This document shows positions 34,437-49,000 of a DNA stretch of 64,000 nt, piece by piece. The translations under genes were made by a program, and so were the position numbers. Each line of letters starts with the position of its first letter. Positions within the stretch are counted from its first letter, which is position 1. Under the pieces are notes generated by a model that was not told the DNA's origin, did no database searches, and worked only from the letters and a program-made list of their open reading frames with translations. Origin of the DNA: Entomortierella parvispora E1425 (Eukaryota > Fungi > Mortierellomycota); the NCBI GenBank assembly GCA_020891255.1, contig BQFW01000013.1, positions 2,542,001-2,606,000 on the forward strand, in the 5' to 3' direction.

Positions 34437-37400
34437 ATGAGTCTTCCTCGCTTCCTCCGCGGCCTGCAGATGAAGCGACCGCTCCATTCCTCCCACAGTA
34501 CCAGTGATCTAAATCTGTCGGATGCCTCCACTTCATCTTCCTCCAGTGGTCCCAAAGACGCCCTTGGCTTCCCCCTCCCCGTATCGATCACCATGACCAC
34601 AGCCGAAACAGCAACAACAACAACAACAACGACAGCAGACTCTTCCTCCCCCTCCACTCCCGCCTCGGCCTCCACAAAAGTCGCCGAGTCGTCCTCGTCT
34701 GCCTGCACCCACTCGCCCCTGACTGTCCACACTAGCCCCGATGCAGATGCAGATGCAGTCCATGCCACGGAGACAGTCCCTGATGAACAAAAGGAACACC
34801 CAACACACATCCACATCCACAGGCACCATCACCACCACCATGATGGTGCCAGTGCCCAGTCTGATCAGCCCGTCGACAATCCCGGGTCTGTGCCTGTGCC
34901 TGTGCCTGTTCCTGTGCCTGTGCCTGCTGTGCCTGTGCTGCCCGTGTCCGCAACCACATCCGTGTCCGTGTCCGTGTCTGTGCTCCCACCAACACCCGTC
35001 GATCGTGTTCATCCCCGAGACGACCATGCGCCACCAACAATCTCGTCGTCATCGTCATTGTCGCCGTTGTCTTCTCCGTCTCCCCCCTCTCCTTCTCTCT
35101 CCCCTTCCCCTTCCCCTGCCGATCTGCTCCCTCGCCCTTCCCAACCACACCTCCGTCGTCCTTCCTTACCTGCTGGCGTCAATGTCTCAACAACGCCAGT
35201 CCTCGCCGAGGACGTCCCTATCCCAGTCGTTCATATCACCTCGCCTACAAAGACACGCCCTCCACAGCCTCTATACCCACCGCCACCACCTCCTTCTATA
35301 CCCAGTTCTCCTGCCCTTGACCCTCATGGTGCCACCTCCAAGGATCCTGAAAATACAGTGCATACAACTGCTGCAGTCCTTCCACCGGAACTGTCAGGCA
35401 GCACTGCAAACAGCAATCGAAGGCAGCGCACCAAGGAACAGCCTGCAAGTCTCCTGGCAGAGCATCAAGGTCGCCTCTCGCATGGAACCAGAGTCCGATC
35501 CAATGCCATTATGCAAAATTTACCTTCCGCTATTCCCGCGCAAGTACAGGATCATCCACCAGCACAGCAAAAAGTCCATAGCAAGCCATCGACCAGGAAC
35601 AGGTCTTCTTCTAGTCCATTCGCCACTCAAGAATCAAGCAATACGTCGACACCACCACCACCGTTACCACCGCCGTCACTACCTCCAGCACAGCCGTCAG
35701 GATCGCAACAAAAGGGCAAGCAACCAAAGTCCATCTTACGGACTCGATCAAAGAGTCAGCCCCTTCCACCTTCAGAGTATTCACAAGAGGGTTGGATTCC
35801 TTTGTTTCCAGTCCCGCCTCTCAGAGGCACACGCTTGTCTGCTTCCTCAGATACCTCTTCCATCTCCAGGACCTCAGTTTATCTCTTGCAAGACCCAATG
35901 GGTGAGCCAGGCCAAGACGATGCTCGTATCGCTACAGAGACCCCTCCATCCGTGAGATCAAGGCGAGCCAGCAACAGCAGCACACACTCAAGATTGTCAG
36001 GTACATATATGCAAACTTGTATTGTGAACATGGAGGTTGTGTGAGCAGTCTTTGCTCCTTTGTCTTTCCAGGCACAATTCATTCAAGGAGGCCCCCTTTC
36101 AATTGCCTTCCCTTGGGGTAGCAAGGGGACGGGCAGAAAAAGAGAGAGAGAGAGAGAAAAAAAGAAGAAGCAAAAGAGAGCAAAGAGAGAAAAAAAAATG
36201 AAGAGAGAGAGAGAGGAGGGAGCGAGCGAGAGAACCAACTGGGGGACACAAAGCGGCAGGCGGGCATGCAAACAACAATAATGCTCGTGAAAAGGTCGTT
36301 CTCGTTGCCTGTCGTTCAATGACCGTTGCCCTTGTCCTTCTTTCCCTCTTTCCTCCTTGGCCACTTTTCCCAACTCCCCCATCCTCTTGACTTTGACTTT
36401 GACCTTGTCCTTGTCCAATCCATTGTTACGAACCCCTTCCAGTCCCTTCCACTCCTCACTAATCTCGACACGACTCTTTGTTCACGACACCCTTTGACCA
36501 TCCACGCATTTATTTCCATTTCCCTTCGCCCCCTCTCCCTCTCCCGTCCGAGGATTGCTTCTCGTTCTCCGAACTTTTCAGGGTGTGTGGTTCAAAACAT
36601 TCATGTGTAGTGTGCTGGTGAACGGCATCCACAAGTGTTGTCAGCACCGAGGACAAGGATGTGGGCAACGGGAGAAATGAAGGAGAAGAGGCAAAGTGGA
36701 GTGGTTCATCTACGCTTTTGAGTGGGGAGAACAAACAACAAGGGCCTGGATGGACACAATGTGGACCAACCATCCCAGAAGCGCCAAAAAAAAAAAAAAA
36801 AAAAAAAAAAGATAGAAGGGAACGGAGACAAGGATAGGATAGCAGCCAGAGATGATGATGATGATGTGCCTTTTTGCAGCTCTAACCCTCCACTCTCTCT
36901 CTTCCTTTCCTTCTTCCTTCCTTCCTTCTTCTCTCATCTCATTATTCACTCTCTCTCTTTCCTCTGCTCTCTCGACTCTCCTTTCACTTGCGTCCTTGCT
37001 CTACTCTCCACGCGATCCACCCGACCGTCAACAATTCGTCCCCGGCACTGGATCTGCTTCGTTGTCTACCATTGCTCCTGACCTGACCTAACCTGGCTGG
37101 AACTAACCTGACCTCACCTTTCCCGACTGCCCCTGCACCCAATTCACACCGACACCGACTTGCAACCCCACCCCCTTGACCTTTGACAGGCACTTGGACG
37201 ACAGGGACCAGCACCCATACCCTTCCCATTTCCTCCACGGACCTCATCCGTGGCGACCTCCAGTCTCAGTCTCGACACACGTCCATGTCCACATCCATCC
37301 CTGTCCCACCACACTCACCATCGCCGTCCTTGTACGCCCCTTTGGACGAGCACAGCAACCGCAACGTGAGCCGACAGTCCGACGACCTCGATCCAGCACC

Positions 37401-40400
37401 CGCCCACCTCCTCTCCTTCCCATCTCTCAACGACTACAAGGCCCCCGGAGCCATGCCCACCCCCACCGCCAATACCCATGCTGCCGCCACTCCCACCCCT
37501 CAGAACTACACCCCTCTTTCTCTCAAGAGCATTCGCCTCGCAAAGTCGCGAAGCAAGCTTCGTCATGACCCCGACATTGGTGTCGCCACAGGCATCAGAC
37601 GCAATTCTGGTCCCAAGAACGCAAACTCATCCACAGCAACCCCATCCATCTCTGGAAATGCAGGACTAGACGAGTCCATCTTTGATTCCTCACCGTCGAC
37701 CCAACTACCGCCCCTTCCAACAGACAACACCCCGCCCACAACAAGCGCTGGCGCACGGCATCGCGAGAGCTCCACCAGCTCGACCATCGGCTACAGTATG
37801 CCACCGTCCACACCTCGGCCTATCTTGAAGGACACCTCCGCAAGGGACAAGGCATTGAGGGAGAGCTGGATGTCAGAGCCTCCTGGTGCGGCTCTTGCCG
37901 GCACCGTGCCTTCAGCCCCCACCCGCCTCTCTGGCGTCCCTTACTCGACACCGGTGGCCCCTCCAAAGAGTCTTGCCAGGAACAATAGCTCGCGACGTCA
38001 GTCCAGACTCAGTCGCATGTCTGCCGTGGAGTATGATCAGGATGCACTCACGCCGCGACCCCGCAACTTGCCCACAGGATACGGTCCAGATTATCGCCCT
38101 CGGAGACAGAGCGGCGGACCTGGACACCTTTTATTCGCCTTTGACAACTCTGCGTCGAGTGTCGACATGGAGAGCGAAGACTACGACGACAGTGACACGG
38201 AAGAAGGACATACGCACTCGAAGCACTTGCAGGAGCAGTACCTGCGCATGCAGAAATCCCAGCTGCGTCAGTCTGTTCTCGACATTCCCGTTACTGCTGG
38301 ATCGACGCGGCCAAGATCAGGCACAGGAGGAGCACAATCAGGCGACGAGGGACACTATTTCGAGACGAGGGCTCAACGTAAATCACTGGGCGATGAGCTC
38401 AACGTGCCCCCCGTCCCCGAAAAGAGCACCCAGCGCAAAAGAGTCTCCACCGTCGACGCTGCCACGCTGCCGGCTGTCTCGTCCTCGTTCTCGTCAGCCT
38501 TGGCAGCGGCGAGCAGCAGCGCCACTTCTGCCTCTGAAACGCTCTCCTCCATCATTCGGTCCAACACTACGCAGCCCAAGGATCGCAGACACCAGGGCGC
38601 TTTGGGTCACAACTCTCTATCGTTTGAACCCTTGTTCGCTCTGAAGGATGCTGGCTCCAAAGCAGGATCGACGGATGAATTGCAGCAATTGCCTCCTCAT
38701 TTTACAGAGACAGCGAGCAGTCGACTCTCGACTGTTTCGGATGCAGAGTGGATCACCGCTCTAAAGTCTCTGGACCCCAGTCAAAAGGACGTCGCCATCC
38801 TAGATTTGAGCAAACGGGAGTTGTACGAAATCCCCACTGGTCTTCCCGCCAGTACGTTCTGCTCCCATTCACAATTAATTTCATGCACGGATCAAATGCT
38901 CACAGACCGTCGTCCCCCCCTGTTCTAACATTATTCGGCTCTCATGAACTCCTAGGTATTTCACATCTGCGTCTGGCCTACAACTCGATTCAGTCCATTC
39001 TTCCCATTGTCAATTTGACCAGTCTGAGCAATCTGCAAGTATTGGACCTATGTGACAACGGTCTGGAACTGTTGCCTTCAGAATTGGGCCGTCTGACAAA
39101 ACTCAAGGAGCTGCACCTCTCCAACAATAAGCTGCGAAAACTGCCGGATGCCGTTCAAAAGATGGTCAGCCTGGAGGTGCTGGATGTGCGGAACAATGAT
39201 TTTTATTTGTTGAGTAAGTCATGCACTGCACAGTGTTTTTTTATTTGTAAAAGATAACAAAAACAACAAATCGTTGTAAAATTAGACTGCAATTATTGAC
39301 CTTTTTTTTTTTTTTTTCTTTCTTTCTTTCTTCCTCTTTCCGTTTAGATCCTGCACTGGGCCGTTTGAAATCTCTGAGGCATTTGGATGTTCGCAGCAAC
39401 AAGCTAAAGTCGTTGCCAGCCTCCTTCCATATGCTCTCGTCCACGCTGGTGGTCTTGCTTGTGGACGGCAACCAGTTTGCTCAACCTTTCTCCGACCTTC
39501 TTCAACCACTCTTGCTCGATGACACTGCATCTACCGTTTCTGAGCAGCAGAGCTTCCTTGGCGACGACCCCTATGGTGACTCTCAGAGGGGAAGGGACCA
39601 ACCTACGACGCGATCCGTAGGTGGCTATGAACCTTGGAGAAGGGCTATCACGCCAGTCTCCAGGCGTGGTGCACCCATGTTGGCCAAGCGTCGATCCCAT
39701 GGAGATCTCATGACCATGATCGGACTCCAAAAGAAGGAATCGGTGGACAGCTTGGACATGATCAACCTAGAGTCGTACATGAAAGCCAGTACTATCTCAG
39801 GATCCACTGGAGGGTACCTTGCCGCCTCATTGTCGGAAAACTCTGGCGGTAGAAGGGAACGATCTGTCTCCACCTCTGGGCTGGTCCCAACGGCAGGTCA
39901 CCATGACGACCATCCAGTGCCCAGCCTCAACTCCCCCTCGGCCGGATCCTTGTCACTCAACCGGTTCTTCAAATCCATTCGCAAGAGCAGTCGTTCCTCC
40001 CTTAAGGACGGGTCTTCAAACCGCTTTGCAGCTACAGGTGAATTGGATCCTGCTCTGGATGGAGACTTTGAGCCGGAAACAAAGCAAACCTCGAGAGGTT
40101 CCGAGTCTGCAATGTCCACTCTGGGCAAAAAGCCGCCCTCTGGGGGCATCAACCAATGGGTCCGGGATCGACTCCACAAGAGAACCAACTCGAGCGACCA
40201 AGGGGTGTACAGTGCTAATGGAGACTCTCAGGATCAAGACGATGTCATGACGACTCGGGATTCTGGATATGGAGCCATCGGAGGTATGGGTCACAGCAAC
40301 GGCACCACCGATTCGCTTCATAGCGCTAGGGGCTCTGGCATGCTTGGCATCCGATACCAAAACAAGAGCACGGGTCACTTGCCTGCAGGACTCCCTCTTT

Positions 40401-41300
40401 CACCACGCGATTCTCAGCTTTCGGCCTCGTTTGACCCCTCCCGTAAAGACAGGAACAACCGGTTGAGCTACATGAGCATGGACAGTCAACTGACGCTTGG
40501 AACTGAAAGGGAGTCTGACTATGCAGATGCTGAAGTGGCCCTTGCGCACCAGCAACAGCAACAGCTGCAACAGCACCATCGCCTGTCCTCCATGCACTCG
40601 CCTACGACTCCTCTGCCCTCTTCACCTGTCATGAATGGACATTGGGGCAGTCATACCTCTCGCAGTCAAACTGCAGCCCACATCAAACCTTTGATGCGCT
40701 ACCTCAAGGACCTCGACGATTTGGATCCCGACTCTTCCGAATGGGAGGAAGTGTATGCCTGGAGACGAGTGTGGAACGCAGAGCGATCCCCAACGGCCGA
40801 CACGCCCGGCGCCAAGACCAAGGATGATGAGAAAGAAGATACGGAGGGCGACGCTGTGGATCTGGCAGAACGGGCCGCCAAAGAAGAAGAGATTCGACTG
40901 GCCAAGCTCCAGGCGCAGGCTTCTAGAAGACGCAGGATCGTGGACGAGATCATTTCGACCGAAAGGACGTATGTGGAGGGTCTGAAGGGTCTGGTCGAGA
41001 TTTACTTGACCCCCGCCCTGGCCATCATGCCCCCCAGCGACCACAAGGCCGTTTTCTCGACCGCAGAGGGCATCTGCAAGTTCCATGCCGATCACTTTTT
41101 GCCAGAGCTTGAAAAGGCCTACCGTGTTCATGATAAAGAGGCGACCACGAAGGAGCACCAAGACTCTACCGCAGAGGACCCAACCGTGCCAGAGTCTGCT
41201 TCGGGTAAGCAAGATGCCCCAGTCTCCTCGGCAGCATCGGCTCAAACAGTGGACCAGGACACGGCCACAGCATCCACAGCGGGCATGAGCACCAGTGCCA

Positions 41301-41339
<39 letters not shown>

Positions 41340-42541
41340 CGGACAGTGCGACCAAGGGAGTGGTGGAGGACCGGATCGGACGTGTCTTTGCCGACCATGT
41401 AGCGTACATGAAGATGTACAGTTTTTACATCAACAACTTTGACAATGCGCTCCGGGTCCTTCAGACGCAACTCACGGTGGCCAAGCACAAGAAGAAGATG
41501 AAGGAGTTTCTCCGACGCTGTGCCAAGCACCCCAAGCACACGCAGTTGGCCCTGCAAGGGTACCTCCTCTTGCCCGTGCAGAGGATCCCGCGCTACAAGC
41601 TCTTGCTACAGGATCTGTTGGAGAACACCTGGCCCAGCCATGTGGATTACCAGGACATTGCCACGGCCCTGGAGCAGATCTCGAGCCGGGCGGACGAAAT
41701 GAATGAACGGAAACGACAATATGAGAACCATGAGAAGGTGCTCTTGGTCCAGAACAGGATCTTGGGCCAGTACAAGACCCCGCTCGTGCAGCCCCATCGC
41801 AAGGTGGTCCGGGAGGGCATGCTGCATCTGATTCGTGTCATCACCCGGAACGTGTCCATGGCCGAGACCTTGGACGGCCCCTCTGCGTCCTCGGCAAGGC
41901 CTCTCTCCGGTCATGGGACGCGGTCGTTGACGCCCAGCCACAGTAGCAACAACAACAACATCAGCAACGTCGGCGACTTGACGGTCCACTACCTCTCGGA
42001 GGAGCTGGTCGAAAAGTCGTTCTTGTTCATCCTGTTCAACGATATCTTGATCCAGTGCAACCCCGTCGTCGTCAGTGGAAAGTCTTCGTCGTCGCTTGCG
42101 GCCGCTGGTGCCACGGCAGGCGGCCCCCACTCGGGTTCAGGAAACGGATCGGCCTCGTCTCATGGCGCTGGGGGCGGCACTGGTCCCTCTGCCACTGCTG
42201 CTGCAGCTGCTGCAGGAGCGTCTGGATCTGGGGACGCCAGCACAGGCAAGAATTTGGAGTTGTGCCGTGTGTTGCAGCTCGAGTCTCGACTCCACCCAGC
42301 TGAAGTCATTGGACAGGACGGTAAGGAAAAAAAAAGAAAAAAGAAAACGCGCGCATTCATGCTGGCAACAAAGACCCTCACCTTCACCTTCACTTTTTTA
42401 CTCATCTTTTTGTCTGTTGTCTTTATTGATTGCTCTCTTTGAATAGTTCTTCGAGTGGTCGATGATGCCATGGTGTTGTACTTGACGGGCGACAAGGATG
42501 TGATCCAATCGTGGAAAGAAGATATCAATTCACGTTGGTAA
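34437..42541 (+). CDS. Leucine-rich-repeat plus DH-PH (RhoGEF) protein with long disordered N-terminus, 5 exons
   Basis: LRRs (LDLSKRELYEIP, LQVLDLCDNGLELLPSELGRLTKLKELHLSNNKL). DH domain RRRIVDEIISTERTYVEGL...LLLPVQRIPRYKLLLQDLL. PH-like region ending WKEDINSRW-TAA. Confidence 0.88.
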
Positions 42542-43092
42542 CAGCTCATGCTGCCAGAGAAGAAAACAAAAGAAAAGAAAAGATTAAAAAAAAAAAAAAA
42601 AACTAAGTAGGCCGTTGTGCTGACAAGAGACTTTCATGAACATTGCAAGGGAATGGGGGGGGGGGTATACATTAATGGTCATTACAAAAAAAAAAGACTA
42701 CATGGCGGGCGCTCTATTTTGTGCTTCTCAACGGCAGATCGTGTTTGTTGACGAGGGGGAAAATGTCGATTGAAAAAAGACAAATGCCAAACAAATTAGG
42801 TGATAATACAGCTGCTGCACCTCTCCACTTCTTCTGGGGACGCCAGCGGTGCTGTCTCAAAATTCATCTGAGGCTCACTTGCGTGTCGAGGATGCCGCAT
42901 CGGTCGGTAAACCTCTTCTTCGTCCGAATCCGAAGGGCTGACCTCGTTCCTCCTGATCTCTCCGAGTTCAAGCTCGTCCCTCTCATGCGACTCTTCGTTT
43001 TCTTCCACATCCGCATCATAGTGGTTCCCGTGTGGCGTGAGAAGGTGTAGCTCGTCGTCGGATGAGCCAGTCAAGTGCGCCCGCTCTGATTG

Positions 43093-46000
43093 TCATTCAC
43101 CCAACCGACGCGATCTACGTCTCCGCAGAGACGAAAATGCGGTCGAGTAATTCTGGTTGTCTCTTTCCGTGTTGTTATTCCTGGATGGCAAGGCTACTGG
43201 GACCAAGGGTGCAGGTGGAAGGGGTTGGTTCGCTCTCCTCTGGACGTTGGGTGGAGGCATTCTTGGTTCAATCTCGTCATCGCTTTCCTCTTCTTCTAAC
43301 CCTCCTTCTTCATCCTCGTCCCCACCCTCCTCATCTTCATCATCTTCCTCATTGCCCGAATCATCCGAGTCATCACTAAACTGCAGCGAGTCGTCATACT
43401 CCTGACGCTTCACCAGTGTTAGACCAGGCGGCTGTCTGCTTTCCTTGCAAGTGACAAAGGGTTCATCCCAAGTGGCTCCAGACACCATCGAACCAAAGTC
43501 ACCACTCGGTTTCCTGATGACATTAGCGACCGGCGGGACAACAGCCACGGACTTGATCGGTTCGGTATTTTGCAACTCGCTGGCAATAGAAGAGAGGGAT
43601 CTCTGGGGGGTCAGTGGAGTCAAGCCAAAACGAACCGTTGCGTTCTCTGAACTTTGACCACTGCTACTTCCACTCGAAGTGCCGCTGTTGACGCCTGTGG
43701 TCGATCGCTTTCTTCTCGTTCCATGAAATTCTTCTAGGATTTTCGTCAGTTCTTCTGCAGAGGTGGCCATCGAATGATCATTTGTGGATCTTGGACTAAT
43801 CGTCCTTTGCGCTCGATCGCCATCGACCCATGATCCAGCACCCGCGTTAACACCATTGCTGCTGGTGTCGGCACCCTGTGATCCTGTATGCCCCTCATTC
43901 TCCTCCTCGCTCTCTTCGTCAACTTCCAAATCACGTCGGTTCCAAACGGGGAAGGAATCCATGTCTAAAAGCTCCAGTCGGATCTTGGGCAAGCCACTGC
44001 GGAGAATCATGCTCTCTGATAAGTCCTTGGATTGGACACCCTCCAACATGCGGTGACTCTTTTCGATATCTTCATCCAGACACGACTCCAGAATTTCGCC
44101 TAGACTCTTGCTCTTTTGGTGTCCAAAGGGTGGTCGAAACCGAACTGTCCGCGGCTCGTTGTCGTCCTCCTCTTCCATAGGTGAGAAACTCTCAGGACTA
44201 TGGACTCGAAACTCCGTCGGGGCTTCGTCTGTATCTTGAGAGACTGAGAACGACTCTGACGCAGTGCCTGTTGTCGGGAAGCTGAAAGGGGACATCGAGT
44301 CTTCTTCGATCCAGATGCGACTCGTCACAAATTTGTCGTCTTCAGAAGTATCGCTTCCCTGGCTGTCACTCTCCGAGTCACTCTCTTGACCAAACTTAGG
44401 ATAAGGCGTTCGCGTCATTCGAGGAGAGCCTTCTAATGAGTCCATGTTGGGACCAGCACCTGGTCTCTGCGTCCGACCCTGCATAACCTGGGCCACATCT
44501 AGATCATCAATCTCGTTCTGAAAGAGCTCATCTACTTCGCGCGCATCCGCTTTTGGGAAATCGTTGAAAACTCCTCCTGTAACATACTGCTGCAGTGGCG
44601 TATTGTCATCTGTGGCTTCTGGTATTGGAGAGTTTGCCTCGTCGACGCGACCCGCAAACGACCGCAAAGCGAAAAAGTCATCCGAGGAAAGGAAGCTGTC
44701 ATAGTTGCCAACGTTCTGTCGCATGCGAAGAGAGCCATCCGCAGATCGTTCGCCATCCTTGATACTCAGGACTGACTCGGTATCACTCTCTTCAAAAGCA
44801 TCCAGGATTTCTTTCGCCAACTCCTTGACCAACACGGCGGAATCTTCCTCTGCGATCCGAACTACAACATCAGAAATTCCGTATTGAAGCACCAACTGGA
44901 GTCGCTCTGGGTGAACATCAAAAATGGCTCGAAGGATACGAAGAAGATTCAAACGAACCACGGCTTTTGGATGGGCCAATCGGTCCAAGAGTCGCTGGAA
45001 GAGTGGAGGGAGAGCAATACCGCATGCTACGGCAGGCGAGAGTCGAATAATTTTGTGAAGTGGTTCCAGGATATTCTCAAACGAATTGGCCTTGGCAGTC
45101 AGGAATGCCTGAACAAACAAACTCAGCGACGATGGCTGAACGAGGATCTGTTCGACATCCGCAGTCTCATCCTGAAGCCTGTGGTAATGAGAAGGAAGAA
45201 ACCTTGTCAACGACATGGGGAGTCACTCGAGTTTTCTATTATCCTGTTCAATCTCAAGCTTACCATACTAAGACGGCATCCATGGCGTTCACCTGCCAGT
45301 ATGGATCCTTAAACAGTCGAAGATATACCAGCAAGGAGTCATTGCTCCAGAGAATAGTTCTGCAGGCCCTGCCTGCATGCGCCAAGTCGCACAGAATTGG
45401 AAGTGCAAACTGTTTGAGGGGAGACGCGGACTCTGCAATCTTTTGGAGATACGGGATGATTCCTGCTTGTGCTGCTTCTTCTTGGCGGGATTTGTTGATA
45501 CGGCAAAGGTTGAACAATGTTGTCAAGACGTGGTTGGAAATGTCCTATATCAGACAAAAAGACAATGATACAGAGTGTGAGTACACCTGAAAAATACGTA
45601 ACGTCAGCTTGGAACGTAGCCCAAAAGTCATTTGTACCGTGGCAAAAGGTTCCTTGCGGTCTCCAAGAACTTTGACCAGAGTGTGAATCGCACCGGCAGT
45701 CTGGAGAACATCCAGCGTGTTGGAATTCATTGAAATGTTCTTGATACACTTGAGCATCACAACGGCCAATTTAGGCGTCAAACGCTGCAAAGAGTCGAGC
45801 ATGCCTAGAGATTGACAATAACAGTCATCAGCATTGAGTCATACACACTAACGGAATCAAGACTGTCGATTCTGTTAAAATAAACCTACGATGGATGATT
45901 TGCCTCGTGGCAAGCAGCTCCTTGACCGGGGAATCGCCTTGAGAGAAGATCAAAAGGACCTGAACAATCTTCTCTGTGTAGGGCTCACCCCGAGCCTCGT

Positions 46001-49000
46001 CTCGGAGGGTATTGTGAAGTGTGGCTGAAAGTGGTTCCAGCAGCCCCTGCTTGGCTAGTAGTCGACAAAAATCGTTTCTTGGCGTCATACTCTACATGTG
46101 CCCATGGTAGTTTTATGTTAACATCATATCATCATGCTGCTGAAATGCAGCTGCAGTTCAGTCACTCACCTGGAGATTAAACACGCTGTGGATTCCATTA
46201 ATGGCGATGAAGACAAGATTCTGCTGTGTGGAGTAGTTGCCCTGCAGAAAATCGATCAAGACTCTGAGACCGCGGCAAGAAATAAACATTTGCAAAGTCA
46301 ATGGGTTGGTGTGGCAGATTTGCTGGATAAAACTGGCGGCTGCTTGTTGAATCTCCTTTCCATATCTTTTGGAGGTGTAGCGGATCAAAACCGGAATTGC
46401 GCCCACTAGGCAAAGGCTCTCTTGCAGCGCAAAGTCGTTGCGGGTTACCTACAGTGTTGGTAAACACAGAGTCAGCCAAGCGTCAAATGTACAGAATACA
46501 AGTCTCAATTTTTCTTACCATGTTGAGAATGTTGAGGAGCTTGAGCACCAAACTCTGTTGATTACAAGTTTCGATCAAGTCCAACAACGGGACCGCTCCA
46601 TGATTCGCGATGAGTGGCCCTCGCATGTCCGGATTCTCTGTTAACAGTGATATCTGAAAGAGATGGAATGCATAGGACGTTAGTCTACGAGGTCATTATG
46701 AATAAAAGAATTTGGCGAATGATGTATTTAGAATCAATTTTACCAGTCGATCGCAGACTTCCTCCATTTGTTTTTCTGATCGTTGTTTCTCCAGCTGTCG
46801 GAACTGCTCTGAAATACTTGCGCAGGTCCGAGCATATTTCTCCCGTGCAATGTTCGCCTCGAGATCTAAAAAAAAAAAAAAAAAAAAGAAGTTTGTAAAT
46901 AAAAAGAGAAGACGCCTTCAGTGTCTCCAGTTGTTTCTCTCCTGCCTACCTATTTCATCAAATCCTTCATCCACCTCTGCGAACGGGTCTTCCTCATCTG
47001 AGCCAGCATCGTTGCCAAACTGAAGGTCATAGATAGAGCCCCGGTGAGGCACAGGAACGGAGAGTGTTAGTCGACGTGGAGTTCATAGTAAGTGCCAATT
47101 GATCTTGTCATGTGTGGTTTTTATCATACCCAGCTGTGGTTTGACAACCTGGTTTGTAATGTCAAGCCTTCACTCGGATACATTGCACCTTGACTCTCTG
47201 GATAGGGTAGGATCGATGAATTAGAAAATCTTCAAAAAACAGAAATGGGTTGCTTCAAACGGGTGAATCACTTACCGGCATCTTCAAACAAGTCGGAAAA
47301 GTCATCGTCTTCTGACTCTCGGTAATTCTCAAAGTCATCTGACATCCTGGCAGGTACAAGGGCAAGTTCACCTGGCGCTGAGCGGGATCGGACCAAATCG
47401 ACGGGAGCGTGAGGCCCTGCTGATTTTCTAGACGCGAGTGAGCCACTAGGCTTGAGCGAGCTATCTGGTCTCGTGGGAGGCTTTTTCTTGCCCTGGGAGG
47501 TAACCCGTGGTTTCAAAAAGATCGGAAAATCCACTTTGTTAGTGTTTTGCGGACGATCCATATCATGAAAGCACCTGTGTATATCGCTTACCTCCATTGT
47601 TCTGACTCTGGCCTTCAGCTTGAGTTCCTGTATCTCGCCTTCGAAATCGTCATCATTAATATCACTCTCAGGATCTGCTACTGGAACTGGTCGCTGCATG
47701 AATCCAGGTCCGGCCCGTATTGTTTTAGAGACCTCATCTTCCTGGTCCCTAAAACCAGCCAACTGGATCGAAGATATTCCGTCTGCAAAATCATCATCCC
47801 AATTGTCGGTACATATTTCTGGCTCGTAGGTGCTTTGACTATTGCGCTTGTTATTTGCGTTGCTCCGGGTGGGATTGTTGTTGTTATGGTCAATGTTGCC
47901 GTTGCCGTTGCCGTTGCCGTTGATTTTTGGCCCCTGTCCCATGTTACCGCCATTCCGTTGCTGATAGAACTGAGCTGGGGGTGTTACGACAGCCGAGGAT
48001 CCATGACCAAACTGATTGCGAGCCTCTGATGATCCAGAGTTCCTTCCTTGGGACCTAGAAGTGTTGAAGATGTCCTCGATAGTCTGGTCCGTTACCCTCG
48101 GCCCTATTTGAAATAAATTCGAAAATGATGAATTTCTGGAAAACCGAGACGGACAAAACTATTAAAAGGCAAAATCCCTGGTACCTTTGTCGATAGACAT
48201 GCGCCTCACGTTGCCACGTGTCACAGTAGAGCCTTTGAGGGCCTCATTCCATTGCTGGACGCTCTTGACGGCTTCCTCGTAAGCTGGGATGGCTTTTTCT
48301 CGACTCCTTTGACTACCAGAGGCCTTTTTCTTTGACATTTGAATCCATGGATGTTTCGACAACTTCTTGGCAGATACTCTCAGATTGCAGTCCTTTTGGA
48401 AACATTGCATTAAAAAATCTCGAACGATCTATCAAGCAAAACGAGGGGCAGAGACAGTTAACGGACTGTGAGCTTGATACATGCACACTATCTCTTCAGG
48501 ACTTACAGCAGAAACGCTCTCAGGGATTGGGGGATGCTCATCGTCGACAATCTTGTAAAGTGCACCCATGGGCTGAAGATCGTGATACGGAGGCTCTCCA
48601 TCCAGCAGCTCGATAACTGTACAGCCAAGACTCCTAAAATCGCGAAAAGAGCTGGATATCAGCTTTGGGGGTGTCTGTGAAGTATGATTGTCAACATGGA
48701 GACAGTTAGACCCACCAGATGTCAGAGGCAGTAGTTGCTCCTGATAACTCTATAATCTCCGGTGCCACTGAAAAATAGGGGCTAGAGTTAGCCTGTCGCT
48801 CTGCATGTGCATCACGCGTTTCTGTGGATCAACACGTACTCCAGTAAGGCGTCCCTGCGACAGATGTATCGCCACCGACGTCATTAGAAAGTGTGGCTAC
48901 TCCAAAGTCGGCCAGTTTAACGAGTCCGTCCTTTGTTGCCAAGATGTTGGCTCCTTTGATGTCTCTATGAATGACTCCCTGGTCGTGAAGGTAGACAAGG

